A model generated the notes under the pieces. The model was not told the DNA's origin. It did no database searches and saw nothing but the letters and a program-made list of their open reading frames with translations. Positions 31,480 to 43,510 of a DNA stretch of 64,000 bases are shown in pieces. Both the position numbers and the translations under genes were made by a program. Location: positions 806,001 to 870,000 of the forward strand of contig NC_047080.1 in the NCBI RefSeq assembly GCF_902459465.1, read 5' to 3'. The stretch's first letter is position 1. Every line of letters begins with the position of its first letter. Source of the stretch: Asterias rubens (taxonomy: Eukaryota).

Positions 31480-34400
31480 ATGTCTGAAGACGGCCCTGTA
31501 CCACAATCAGAGCCCCTTAATTCCTCCCAGGTTTGCAACGACGCTGGAGGATATGTATGGACAGTGGGTGACTTAGATCGACTCCATCGATTCTTATGTC
31601 TCGGTTCTGAAACAGGAACATACTACTGCACAAAAGAGGAACTGGGTCTTCAGAACGTCGACTGCATCCAGAAACTTATTGAAGATGGTCGAGGGGAAGT
31701 GGTTGTTAAGGATATCGTGGAATACAGTGTGGAGGGTTGGACGGCCAAACAGGAGCCGCTTTTAATAGCTCTGGTTCAGTGTGCTCGGTGTGAACGGGAG
31801 AAAGTCAAGAAGCTCGCATATGATGCTCTACCTAAAGTCTGCCGCATCCCTACAACCCTCTTTCAGTTTGTGGAGTTTGTTGAGAAGCTCCAAGGAGGGT
31901 TTGGAACGGGGTGGGGTCGAGCGCAGAAGAGAGCCATTGGTCGATGGTACAATGAGAAGTCACCTAGGCAACTGGCATATCAAATCACTAAGTATAAGAA
32001 TCGTAATGGCTGGACGCACCGAGATATCCTCAGGCTTGGACATGTTAAACCAGAACAAGAAGGTAAATCTTGATCTAAGATTGTTAAGGTACCATTAGTG
32101 ACTAGATTTATTAAACTTTTTAAAAGGAAATTTCAACTGAAAATATATTCCTTTTGTTTATTGAAGTTGAACACTCATAACAAATTTTAGTTTTTCTTGA
32201 AACACAACCAAATACTTTTTGACTTTACCCTGAGTTTGTGTGTTTCTCAACTTTCTTTACAGCAACTGCTTTGATACTCAAGTACATCGCTAAGGGATGG
32301 AAAAAAGTTACCGAGGACCTTAAAGAAGATGAAGAACACTCTGAGGACTACAATGAGGTCATGACCTACCTCCAAGATGCAGAGACAGCAAGGGTCTCAA
32401 AAGACAAAGATCTGGTCGTTGCACTCATTGATAAACATCAGTTTGCATGGGAGCACATATCAACAGAGTTCTTGAAGTCAGTTGAGGTCAGTGCACAGTG
32501 TTGAGATTATCTACCATCTAGCTAGGTAGTTATATAATTTATTGTATCTGGGCTCGCTGATTTTGCCATGGTGATTTGTGTCATGAAAATTGTTAATAAT
32601 TCTTGCTTGCACCGTTTTTGTGGAAGTCAAGTTTCTCATGTTTTAATATGCGAGGCGCTTCTTATTTAGATTCCAACCAAGACTTTACATGCATGTTGAC
32701 TCCCAAAATGGTAGACCACGGTTGAAAGGCAGGAAACTTTCCTTGTTCAAAGCAAACTTATTTTCAAATGTATCCAGTCAGTTTCCCTTGAGGTTTGATG
32801 GCATCATAACCTTTGGTGAGATCCCTGACCATTACTGTTACTATTCAGTACATTGATTTCAATGCTGTCATACAAAACAATCATGTACATTTATGTCGAA
32901 ATTAAACAAGCAATATAGGTATGATTGGGTACACAATACTTAAAAAATAAGCAGCAATTTAAAGACAACATTTAGGTGTAAGGTTAAGCGAAATGCTTTT
33001 GTGCCCTAACCTATTGGCAGACAGACATGATACAACCAAGGAACACAAACTAAGACAAGGGACAACACGGACAGATGAATACATTCTACAGGTGTAGGCC
33101 TATCAACAACACAAAAGCGAGTCATCATTAAGTTGACTCGTACTATTATTAAAGTCATGAATTATAGTTATAATGTTATAATGAATATGCATTTGAATAG
33201 TAGTTATTGTAGTTTTTTCCCGAAAATACAGGTGGATGATTGCAGAATAAATTGTACATAAATTTGCCAAACAAAGATATTGAAAAAATAGGGAGACCAC
33301 CAGCATTTATTAGGGCTGGATAGCTCAGTTGCTGTAGCGCACAGTAATCAGGAGGTTACAGGTTCAAGTCCAACACTAGTCAATTTTGTCTTTGTTGAAC
33401 CCACAATGATTTCCTGTTTGTTGGCTTCACTAGGTATGGAGATCTTTGCTTCAACACATGCCCATGACAGCCATGATCCGCCAGCTTGGCAAGCTAACCT
33501 CCATTGAACTTCTGAAACCTGGGAGTGAGGAAACCAAGATGGTGTGCGACCGTCTCCGCAATGAGAACCGTTTAAGCAAGGCTCGTATCCACCCTATTAA
33601 TATCCTAGCTGCCCTGTATCAGTACAAGAAGGGCAAAGGGATGAAGGGTAAACTGAAATGGTCACCAGTGGAAGCTGTCTGCCTGGCATTGAATGATGCA
33701 TTCTACAAAGCCTTCAAGGTAATTATTTCAACCCCGCTGACATGTCCTGTTAATGTTTTTCATTTGTCCCCCTCGTGTGCTTACATAAATGAGCAGGATA
33801 CCAGTCTGTACAATTCGAATGGAATTTTGGCTGGGTTCCTTATTCTGCTAAGCAAACAAAATGTTGTTGCGCTTAGCTACTTTTTGTGATTAAGCGACTC
33901 AAAGGAATTTCACCCAGATAGTTGCTTCAAATGAAACTTGGACTTTCAGGGCTCGAAATGTACTCTAAATCGCAGGCCTGATTCCAGTGGTTTAAGCATT
34001 GGGCCTTTAAATTCATGACAGGACAAAACTGGCGGTCTCGTATTTTTAGTTCAAATGTCGAGCTTCAGACTGATAAAATTTAGTCAATTCTGTTGAGTAG
34101 GCCCTATTGAAGAATACTTATCCATAATATAAACCGGATAAATCTATTCTTGGTGCTTGTTCAAATTAAAGTGTTCAATTGTGTTGTTCTTTTTTGTCAT
34201 TACAACTCAGAGGTGCGTTCCACTCGCGCAAACGAATCACAACTGTTCGCGCAAACATTGTTTGTCTTTGGAACGATTGGTGCGCATTACGCGATGTCAA
34301 TATGGCGGCGCTCTGAAATGAAGATGGCGCGCACCATACGTAGTTTTTTTTTAAACTTTGTTTTTGCTGTAATAGTCCTCTTTTTGACAGCATTACATCA

Positions 34401-35506
34401 ACTAATTAACTGTTATTTCAAATCTGCATTATCATCCACTGAAAATACAATGTAATTATGTTTGTGACAAAGAAATAATACCGTATGCTTGTCCGCCATT
34501 TTAAAAACCACTCGCCAACACCTCAGAAGTATGTTCGCCTAAAGTTGCCAACGTTCGCCAACGGTGGCGGCACACAACTCGTTCCACTTGAAATTGTTGC
34601 TGAACGTGCGCAACTATTAGCAACATTTGCGCGAGTGGAACGCAACCCTGGTCTTTTGTATCCAAAAATGTTCTCAAAACTTGAGCCCTGATACTTATCA
34701 CTTTGATATGATTTTGTTTCAGTTTGTTGAGCCAACTGGTAAGCGTTTTATGCTGTCTCTAGATGTCAGTGGATCCATGAGCTGCAGCGGCGTTAACGGA
34801 ATAGAAAATATCATGGCTCGTGAGGCATCAGCCGCCATGGCGATGGTTACCATGAAAACAGAGACAGATCATCACATCAATGCATTCTCGGACCATCTTA
34901 TGGATGCTGGGATTAATCCTAATATGAAGTTGGACGAAGTCATAAAAACCATCAGTAATGTAAGTATTGCAGACCTTGAATTTGTCCTCAATTCAGAAGA
35001 TTGTTTATTAATAATCTCTCTCCAACTTTTCATTTTCTTGTAAGAGGTGAAGTTTCCATAACAGGAAAGAAGGACATTCTTTATATATTGATTTTGAGGC
35101 ATTGTATGGTGAAGTATCAATGTATGTTTGCGTTAACATCTTGTATACATAATCTTTGCTGTGTAGATTTGTTCACTTACTATTTGTGTTTGTTTGATTT
35201 TTACAGATTGGAATGGGTGGGACAGACTGTGCGAGGCCAATGCTACATGCAAAAGAGAAGAAAATTCCCATTGACGTGTTTATCATCTATACTGACAATG
35301 ACACATGGTTTGGTGACGTGCATCCCTCTGAAGCCCTTAAGAATTACCGTAAGGCAATGAACATTGATGCCAAGTTGATCGTCGTCGGAATGTCAGCCAA
35401 TAGTTTCTCTATCGCCGATCCTGCAGATAAAGGCATGCTGGACATTGCTGGGTTTAACTCCAACTGCCCGAATTTGATCCGCAATTTCGCTCTCGATTTG
35501 GTTTGA
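31480..35506 (+). CDS. RO60: Ro60 RNA-binding protein (TROVE + vWA domains), 5 coding exons
   Basis: N-terminal QVCNDAGGYVW...LHRFLCLGSETGTYY; KYKNRNGWTHRDILRLGH; MPMTAMIRQLGKLT; MIDAS motif LDVSGSM; MGGTDC; DVFIIYTDNDTW; DPADKGMLDIAGF. Exons 31480-32062, 32263-32487, 33434-33718, 34723-34959 and 35207-35506. Confidence 0.96.
33286..33395 (+). mobile_element. tRNA-derived repeat (SINE-like), copy C, in RO60 intron 2
   Basis: AAATAGGGAGACCACCA, then GGGCTGGATAGCTCAGTTG (A box) and GGTTCAAGTCC (B box). Confidence 0.65.
34210..34648. mobile_element. About 440-bp MITE in RO60 intron 3 (Harbinger-like termini)
   Basis: TIR core GCGTTCCACTCGCGCAAA at the left and TTTGCGCGAGTGGAACGC at the right. 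The TSD was not resolved. Confidence 0.65.
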
Positions 35507-38056
35507 TCTGGAGTGAGACTTGATCACAATGGTGAACTTTGACCCTTTGAAGATTCTCGGGATGCTCAATGGCAAGAATGAACTCAAGGATGCATTACTC
35601 ACAATTCCTAGAAAAGTATCTAAAGACATGATGCTTTTGACCAGCTTCATCATCTGAATGTTGGTGGAAGTATACAAGAAAGAGACGTCAGGGGGAAATT
35701 GTAGATAAGTTTCAACTCGGAGATACTTCAACTACTATTAGCAATTAAGTACATGTATGTGAATGAATTATGTACGTTTTATAGTAAAATACTAACAGTA
35801 AATTACAGTATGTTTTAGAGCTATCTTCATCATCTTTTGATAAGAATGAGATTTGATGAATTAGAAAATTGCTTATTATGCCTGAGTTGTTCTTTATTCT
35901 AGACCCAGAACCGCCAGATGTTATAATTCAGGTGGTTTACAGACTCTCTGCATCGATCATCATTAACACAGAACTACAGGTTTGGATACAATGTGGACTA
36001 CTTCTTTCCCCCTTTTGTTACTGCTTTACTTCTTTCATGAAAGTTTAATGGCTCAAGGAGATTTTTAAAAAATCCTTCAAATCAGGAAGAATCCTGAGAA
36101 ATCATATTCGGCATGACATTGGATTTTCAATTATTAATCAAAACACAAAAGATTTGCAAAACTACCTAACACTTAGACCACAGAGCGTTGGATCACGGTG
36201 GATTATAGTTAAATGAATTTCTAGCTCAGTAAAGACATTAAAGGGCTTGCCCTAAACCTTTTCTAGCAATTGGCCGGCAGGACCAGTTAGCACTCTTCTT
36301 CACCAGTCAGTCTTTTTTTGAAATGAAATAGTGATGCTTTTCAACACTGAACTTGCCAGCAGGACCAGTTGGACAGAATTAAGGGAAAACGCTGCATTTT
36401 TTTGGTGTATTTTAGCATCATCTTTTATCCAGTTTTAAGAACATGAAATACCTTTAGACTTTAAGACAGTACAATTAGATTACTCCATGCAATATTAGTA
36501 CAAGGCCCTGACCTTATGTAATCCTGTGTTGTACATTTGTTGTTTATTTTTTACTTTTTTAGGGGAGGGGGCAAAAACATTTAAATGTTTTATACTCTCT
36601 GAAGCTTTTAGCTTACTTCTATGTACACAATGTTTTAAATAGTGTTATAAGCAGAAATTGACTGACAGTCGTCTGACTGAAACTGACTTTTTCCCCTAAA
36701 TCTAACAACCTTTGAAATGTTTATTTTAATAATCTCACTTTTGTAAAACAATATTTGTTCCTTAAACCTAATTTTATGTCATCATTTGAATTAATCTGCA
36801 GGAATCTTAATTCCAATGGAAGAAGAAACCAAAATATCACACTTTCTCCGGTGGCTTTATGTACGAGTTTTTAAGATTACTGATGAATTTTGGATTTTTT
36901 TTTGCATAATTATAATATTTTATTGTACAAAAAAATTAATTGTACAGTAATTACTTCAACTGTATAGCTTAGCCCATATAAAGATTAACATTTTAGAATG
37001 ATATATTTTTAAACTCTTTCTTGGATCAAATTTGAGGGTTTTTAAAGCACTTCAGGAAGATGAAAGAACTTGACATAATGAAGCTCAATTAACTTGGGCG
37101 TACTTCCTGTTGAGTTGACGATTTAAAAAGGCACTGTATGCTTTTGGAAATTGTCAAAGACCAGTACATTACCCTTACTTGGTGTATCCCAACATATGCA
37201 ACAACAAACCTGTGAAAAAACAGCCTTGTAATTTGTTGCATAATGTTGGCTTCATGCCTCGGCCTATCAGAGTAAAATTTAGTAACTCTTCATGATCAAT
37301 GTTTATCCTGCAGAATATTTCTCAAATTTAATGAGAGTCTTACATAAATGTTTGACATTGAAACCTGTTCAATTATATATAAAAAAAAATCAGTTTGTAA
37401 TTTAGTGGACAAAATAAGGTTAGTGCTAACAAAAACCTTTGAATGATTAGTTTTAATGTTTTTAAATCACTGTAGATAGTTGTTAAGGAAAAACAGATGA
37501 ATTAACACAGCTCTAAAAAAAGGCATAGATTACTCTTAGTGATAAAGAAAGAAACAAAGAAAAATGAAATGAATGAAGCAAATGATTTACGTATTATAAC
37601 TCATGACTATGAACGGATGTTTAAGACTGCATGGCGAAGTTAAGTGCTGCATGATAGCAAATTATCTCTGGGGTAAATTTGTCTACATTATCAACAATAT
37701 TTGATGTTAGATCTGTTGCAATCCAAGTATGTAGGCTAATATCCTACTTACAATGAATGTGTAAATAATATGTAGTTACGATACTAGTCCTTTGTGTGAA
37801 TGTCTTGAAATAAACAATATTTACAAATATTTTAGCTGTGATAATAGTTTATACTAACTTTTGCGTAACCCATTTAGAGATCATTTGTTTCTATATAATC
37901 ATCACCGTTCGTACACACATTGTAAATTGTGTGATTTTGGGACTCAAATTATTTTAGAATGTCTGTAAAAACAATAAAAGAAACCAAAACATATGGTTTT
38001 ATTTTTGAATTGGAGAAGCTGTGTCAACATGGGAAACATTGTGAAAAGTCAATTTT

Positions 38057-38345
38057 AGGACACTTGTGTCCCTGAGCAAGGAACTTAACTATAATTGCTT
38101 CTCTCCACCCAGGGGTAAATGGGTACCTGTGAGGGCAGAGATGGTTCTTGTGATTGATTTAGCCGAGTAGCGTTTATTGTTGCACAAGGCTGTATACTAG
38201 CCAGGGAGCTGAGATGGTTTAAGGAATGATTTAAGTCCCAGTGACCAGGGGAAATAATGTTGAAAGCGCTTTGAGAAGCCCTCTGGTGTAAAAAGAGCTA
38301 CATGTATATAAAAACTGGCTATGATTATTATTATTATTATTTATT
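38057..38345 (+). mobile_element. 5'-truncated SINE with (TTA)n tail
   Basis: GGACACTTGTGTCCCTGAGCAAGG, a CORE-like block CTTCTCTCCACCCAGGGGTAAATGGGTACCTG, and a terminal (ATT)n run. Confidence 0.55.
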
Positions 38346-40121
38346 AACACATACAAAAACACAAATGATCAAATGTGACATCATAGTAAATGTTAAGGTA
38401 CACTGCTGTTTTAATGTCAACTTAATTTCAGGTGAAGAGGTCTGCAAAAGATAACATTCCTATTAGAGGATGGTGGGGATGAACAACCACATGTATCACA
38501 TGTAGTAGTTAGGAGTTCACTGTTTTTTACCTATTTTCACCAGACAGGAATTCCACATGTTTTCGTTTATAAGTTACTTATTCTTATCTTACAGACATTT
38601 TTTTTTATTATACAATACTACATTTTATGTTTATTAACAGACAGTTTAGTCATTTTCAAAAAAATTTATAAATAAATCATGGCAAACAAGTTTTAAACTA
38701 AAAACAGTATAAAAACTGTGATGTACAAATGGATGAATGGTCAGAGTTCTTTAAAAAGTATGAAATTGTCATGGATGCTGAAATTGTCTCTTTAGAAGTC
38801 TAAAGTGAAACCTAAAGCTTATTTCATATAATGCTCTTAAAAGCAATTCTGCTTAGTAGAATTAGAAACAGGATACCAGCCAAATTTTCTTACGATATAA
38901 ACTAAATGCAAGTGGTACCCTGCTTATTTTTGTTAAGCACCACAGAACTGCTTAACAACCCTGAAATTAAGGTTTTTAAAGGTATGGTCATGTAGTTAGT
39001 GTGTCATGTTGCTAGGGTATGTATACTATCATGCAGTCAGTTCGTAAAGTGTATGGAATGCAGGCTACCCTGACAGATTCTAAAAATAAACATTCCTCTC
39101 AAATGAGAACAGAAGTTGTAAAAACAAAAAATATTACAGAAACGTACATAAAACATACAACTTAAATACTTTACATCTTGGTTAACATAACAATGGGGAA
39201 GGGGGTTTTACCCTGGTTGAATTGAGTCATCCCCACCAATCAATGGTAGAGATGACCATTTAACTAATCTGATATTTCAGAAATTCCAAACATACTTAAA
39301 GAAACTTTTTAGCATTCCTTAAAACCCAACGGTAGACATTATTTTAACTTTACATGGGAAAGATTGCCCTGAACTTGTTCAGTGACTAGCCAGCAGGACT
39401 AGGTAGTTTGTCATCACTTGTCATCAAGCTTATTTACTGGTCCATATTTCATATAGCCAGCCGGACCACTTTGCGGAAATTTTGACTGGTCCTCGTGTGT
39501 TTTTACTAGCATTTGGCCAGTGGACCACTGTCAAGGGAGATTGCTGGTGATTGAAATTTGTATGTTCAGCAGTTCAATCTCACTATGCAATCATCCTCCT
39601 ACTGAGCGAGGGCGCACTTTGCAGTATGATGGTTGACATAATACATAGGTTGTACGAAGCGTAAGCCAAGTCCAAATTGCCGGCTTCATCACTGGCTATG
39701 ACCGGATCCCTGTTAAGGCCAATAACATGTACTTAAATGCTGAGATAACAGCTAATGGCTATATACCCGTAGCCAAAGTTTTTCAATACAAACATGTCCC
39801 TAGGTTTACATTTTATGCAATTAGGAAGTGAACCAAATTTTTGAGGTCAAAGGTTCAGATCCACTTTTTAGATTAAATTTAAAGGTGCCATCATGTCACA
39901 CACTCCAAGAAAAGGTGCACTGAAATATGACCTATAACCTTCTTTGCAAATAACCTACACTTCAAGGAACTCACACCACCCTTATCAATGCTGTGAGTCA
40001 CAAGTAGGGGTCAAAGGTAAGTATGAAGGAACCAAAATCTCAAAAGGAATGTGGACAAGATGACAGCCATCACTGTGCGTATAATATACTTTAAGTCAGT
40101 CACTAATCTTAAAAAATGTCA

Positions 40122-43100
40122 TTAGAGGAAATAAGGTGTGGTGGTACGTGTAGGAATAACTCGCTCAGCATCGGGTACAGCTCTGAAGAGTTTGGCCTCT
40201 TTAGAGGAAGTATCTCGGAATGCTAGGATAGAGGCGATGTTGCCGCATCGATAGCAGTAGTTAGGAGCAGACCAAACTGTGACGAGCTTCTCATCAAACA
40301 TGTATTTGTAGCCTTCATGGACGAGCTGGTGAGCTCGACAGATGAGTTTTAGATTGTTGATGTGTACAAACTGCAGAGAGTAAAAGTGATGAAGAAACTA
40401 TTGTATCATCAAAGGAAAATATAACTTAATCTGATGCTACAGCCTGAAAAAAGTAAAAGTAGTCTCTTGACTGGAAATCTGCATCAAGTTGACATTGAAA
40501 GTAATATGCTTTTGATAATGAATTTTAAAACTGAATACTGGCAGAATTTGTTTATAAATGTATTCCGGCCTTTGAAATGTTCCAATCTAAATTTATAATT
40601 TCACTATCGAGGTGCCCTTTACCAAGTAGTAAACCTTGCTTCCTGCCTCTTGCCCTTTCAGAAAAACTGTGCAGTGAAAAGTTTATAATCTTATTTGAGC
40701 ATACCTGGGGTTTTCTTCCACCAATAGTGTAATAGAGTTTCTACAGAATTTCAAAAAGTCACGAAAGTCAAACCTTTTTCCCCGGATCTATTCACGATAA
40801 ACAAGGAATTGCAATACACCTGCCTATTGCCACTCACCTCGTTTACAACCTTGGCACCAAACAGCCACCCTGCTCCTCTTGGACTGATGGCCCATGTATC
40901 TACATCCTCTGGATCTGACCACACCAAATGTAAGACAAGTTAAGAATCAATTCTAAATCAGCAACAAATGAATACAATCTGAAAGATTCAGGACATACTT
41001 CCAAAAGAGTTGCATGTGGTAAAGTTGTGACTAATAGTGCAGTGTGGATCATCAATGTACAACACACAACAAACGTAACATTTATTTTCTACACCACTCT
41101 ATATGACCTTAGTGTTGTAGTGTTGTGATGGAATATGAACATTGTTAACAAGGCCTTGACTGAATTTGACAACTCCTTCATCTTGTAACAGTTATAGACT
41201 TGACTGGATGCCTGATACTCAATGGAGGAAATTGCCTCTATTGCTCCTGGTCTTTACTGGTGCCCATTAGACTGCCCAACAGGAAGTTACAACTTCCTTA
41301 AAGAGGTACCTTTACCAAGGAGAAGACACATTGTCGCCCCTGCCCTTCAAAACAAAGCACCAGGCATGTTTCTTGAGTTAAAAACTTGTTTCAAAAGGAT
41401 ATCACAAAAGGCTCCTTTGTGTGGGATCTCCTGAGCTCTCTCAATGGTTCGGATTTGATCGAGGGTCTTGACATCTGGTGAGAGTCCGCCATGGACACAA
41501 AGAATCTGCTCATCAATTATCTGCAGGAGAAAGTTACAGAAAATGTTCAAATAACATCTTTTTAATTACATTAACTACTTGTTATACTGTGAAGAAAAAA
41601 GTAGTCACCAACTACATGTATAAGTTAATACTTACAGCAGCTACTGTAAGGAGGTCAAAGACCTTTGTGCAGTATCTCCAGGCATTTGCATTCCCATATT
41701 TGGTCTGACACTCATCTGCATATTGAATATATGAATATAAAACAACTTAAGTAGTTATCACTTATGTGTTATACAGATATGACACAACTTCTCCACAACA
41801 TGAAGGGAGATGATGGACGATTCTTGCCATTTATGATTTGAGATTGCAAATTTTTTTCAAAATCTACCCATAGTTTTTTACCGTAGAATCCATAAACTTG
41901 GGTGATTTGTCTGCTTTCATGGTTGCCTCGGAGAAGCGTGATGCGATCTGGCCACTTGGCTTTGAGTGTCAGTAACCTGGTGAAGGTTTCTAAACTGTAG
42001 TAACCCCTGTCAACAAAGTCACCCTAGGGAGGAAAAAGGAAACAAATAGTGACAATTGCGCACCTTAAATTAAATCAAGAGTGGAACAAAACTGAATATT
42101 TTAATGCTGGCTTGACTTCATCAAAGGATAAAAAGGGATTACGATAAATAAGATTAAACGACCTGGTGTTTATAACAGGAGATACAACTTATTATACTAT
42201 CATAATCTAAGCTTACCATAAACACATAGTTGGTGTCGGGTATCTGTCCCCCAGTTCTGAACAATTCCTCTAAATCATAAAACTGTAAAGAAATAATCAG
42301 AAACATAAAATTGTGAAACCGATACTCAAATGCGTAATAATATCAGAAATTATGAAGAAATAATCAATTGCTTGTTCATTAAAAACTACTAATGTAGTTT
42401 CTCTCAATAACAACACAAGAAAAAACTGCATAATTTCAAAAAAATAATTGACGCAACAATAAGACTTAAATTGGAGGACGGTGTTGAAGTCCTACCTGGC
42501 CGTGTATATCACCGCATACTGTGACTGGAGTTGATACTGGTTGAACATTGGATTCTTCTAATAGAAGGTCACAAACGTAGTCACATAATTTCTGAAATAT
42601 ATAAGAACATCCAACAATATAAACTCGAACTTTATGAAGCAAAATTGTTCATGGTTTCCTTTTCTAATCTTTTATTTTAAATTTTTAAAACTTTTAAAAT
42701 CATCAAAAATCATTGATCATCGATGACAATGAATAAATGATGATGCAAACAAAAATAATGTTTTGACATGGTTGGGGATGTCAAACAAAACCATATAAAT
42801 TCATGTAATAAATTTTAATAAAATTATATTTAAAAACAAACACAAACAGTGTTTTTTTTTTAATTTTTATTATTATTGAGTCTTACTCTTACAACTTAGG
42901 CCTATTTATTTATTTATTTAATTCAAAAAATCTTAATTAAAATTACTTTGGTATGCCCTTTACTTCACTAAATTCATGGATAACTTTCCGTATGGCGCCA
43001 CCACCTTTTCACTTATTTTTACAGAAAGGGATATCTCATTGAGGTAAATTAGATACTATACTATTTCATATCGAATTAAAAAGTGGTGGCGCCATACGGA

Positions 43101-43462
43101 AACTTTTCCAAATTCATGTCCATATAACCCTATTGCAAGCCAAAGTACAGCACAAAATGACCATCAAGCTTTGTTGGATGTGTAGTGTTTTCTTTTTGTG
43201 TTACTCACCTCAGGCTCATGGTCAGGCAATGGGCAAGTGAAGTAAATCGTTAGTTGGCCACAAAATTATCTGACGATCACTTTTATTTCACAGTTTACTT
43301 ACAGATCTACTCTACGAAATCATATATAATTTACACAAGTATTCCTACGAAACGTCCTGTCTTTTTAGTACATGTTATCTTTACCTTTAAGTCGTTTTCG
43401 GGGAGGTATTTGCACTCTTTTGCGATGTCAATCCATCTATCAACTGACGACAGTTCCGCCAT
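40122..43462 (-). CDS. PPP6C: Serine/threonine protein phosphatase 6 catalytic subunit, conserved copy (PPP6C-a), 8 exons, 306 aa
   Basis: Exons (minus strand) 43462-43385, 42591-42496, 42283-42218, 42023-41882, ~41713-41634, 41520-41403, 40929-~40838 and 40370-40122. The protein reads [26 protein letters not shown]...GDIHG...GDFVDRG...RGNHE...[11 protein letters not shown]...RTTTPYFL*. The CKYLPE N-terminus and TTTPYFL C-terminus are diagnostic of PP6. Confidence 0.94.
40930..41402 (-). other. U12-type (minor spliceosome) AT-AC intron in PPP6C-a
   Basis: On the minus strand the 5' end is ATATCCTTTT, the branch site is TTCTTAAC and the 3' end is AC. Removing it restores ...GAFC-D-LVWSDP. Confidence 0.9.
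42979..43109. mobile_element. About 130-bp MITE with 9-bp TSD AAATTCATG, in PPP6C-a intron 1
   Basis: AAATTCATG is present at 42970-42978 and 43110-43118. Same family as 30806-30937. Confidence 0.85.
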
Positions 43463-43510
43463 TTTGCAAGTCTGTAATGTGACGAAGGGCGCCCTCTATT
43501 GGTGAAAAAG
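43463..43510. promoter_or_regulatory. 48-bp spacer between the two divergent PPP6C start codons; contains the palindrome AGGGCGCCCT and a CTCF-like motif GCGCCCTCTATTGG
   Basis: The minus-strand ATG is at 43462 and the plus-strand ATG at 43511. The motif lies at 43489-43502. A regulatory role is inferred from position only. Confidence 0.5.

Noticed and set aside
35500-40100. Y RNA gene near RO60 (TGACTAGCC at about 39384; GGACCAG motifs at 36270-36370 and 39370-39530)
   Set aside because: There is no GGCTGGTCCG 5' stem partner and no oligo-T terminator after the match. The motifs recur as part of a dispersed degenerate repeat. An Infernal search with the Y RNA model would be needed to exclude it fully.
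43209-43269. Poison cassette exon in PPP6C-a intron 1 (strong donor GAG|GTGAGT at 43208)
   Set aside because: The matching acceptor has no polypyrimidine tract, so it cannot be supported without RNA data.
40122-43462. Minus-strand PPP6C as a partial inverted duplicate or pseudogene
   Set aside because: All eight exons, the splice sites, start and stop were found in frame, and this copy is the more conserved of the two.
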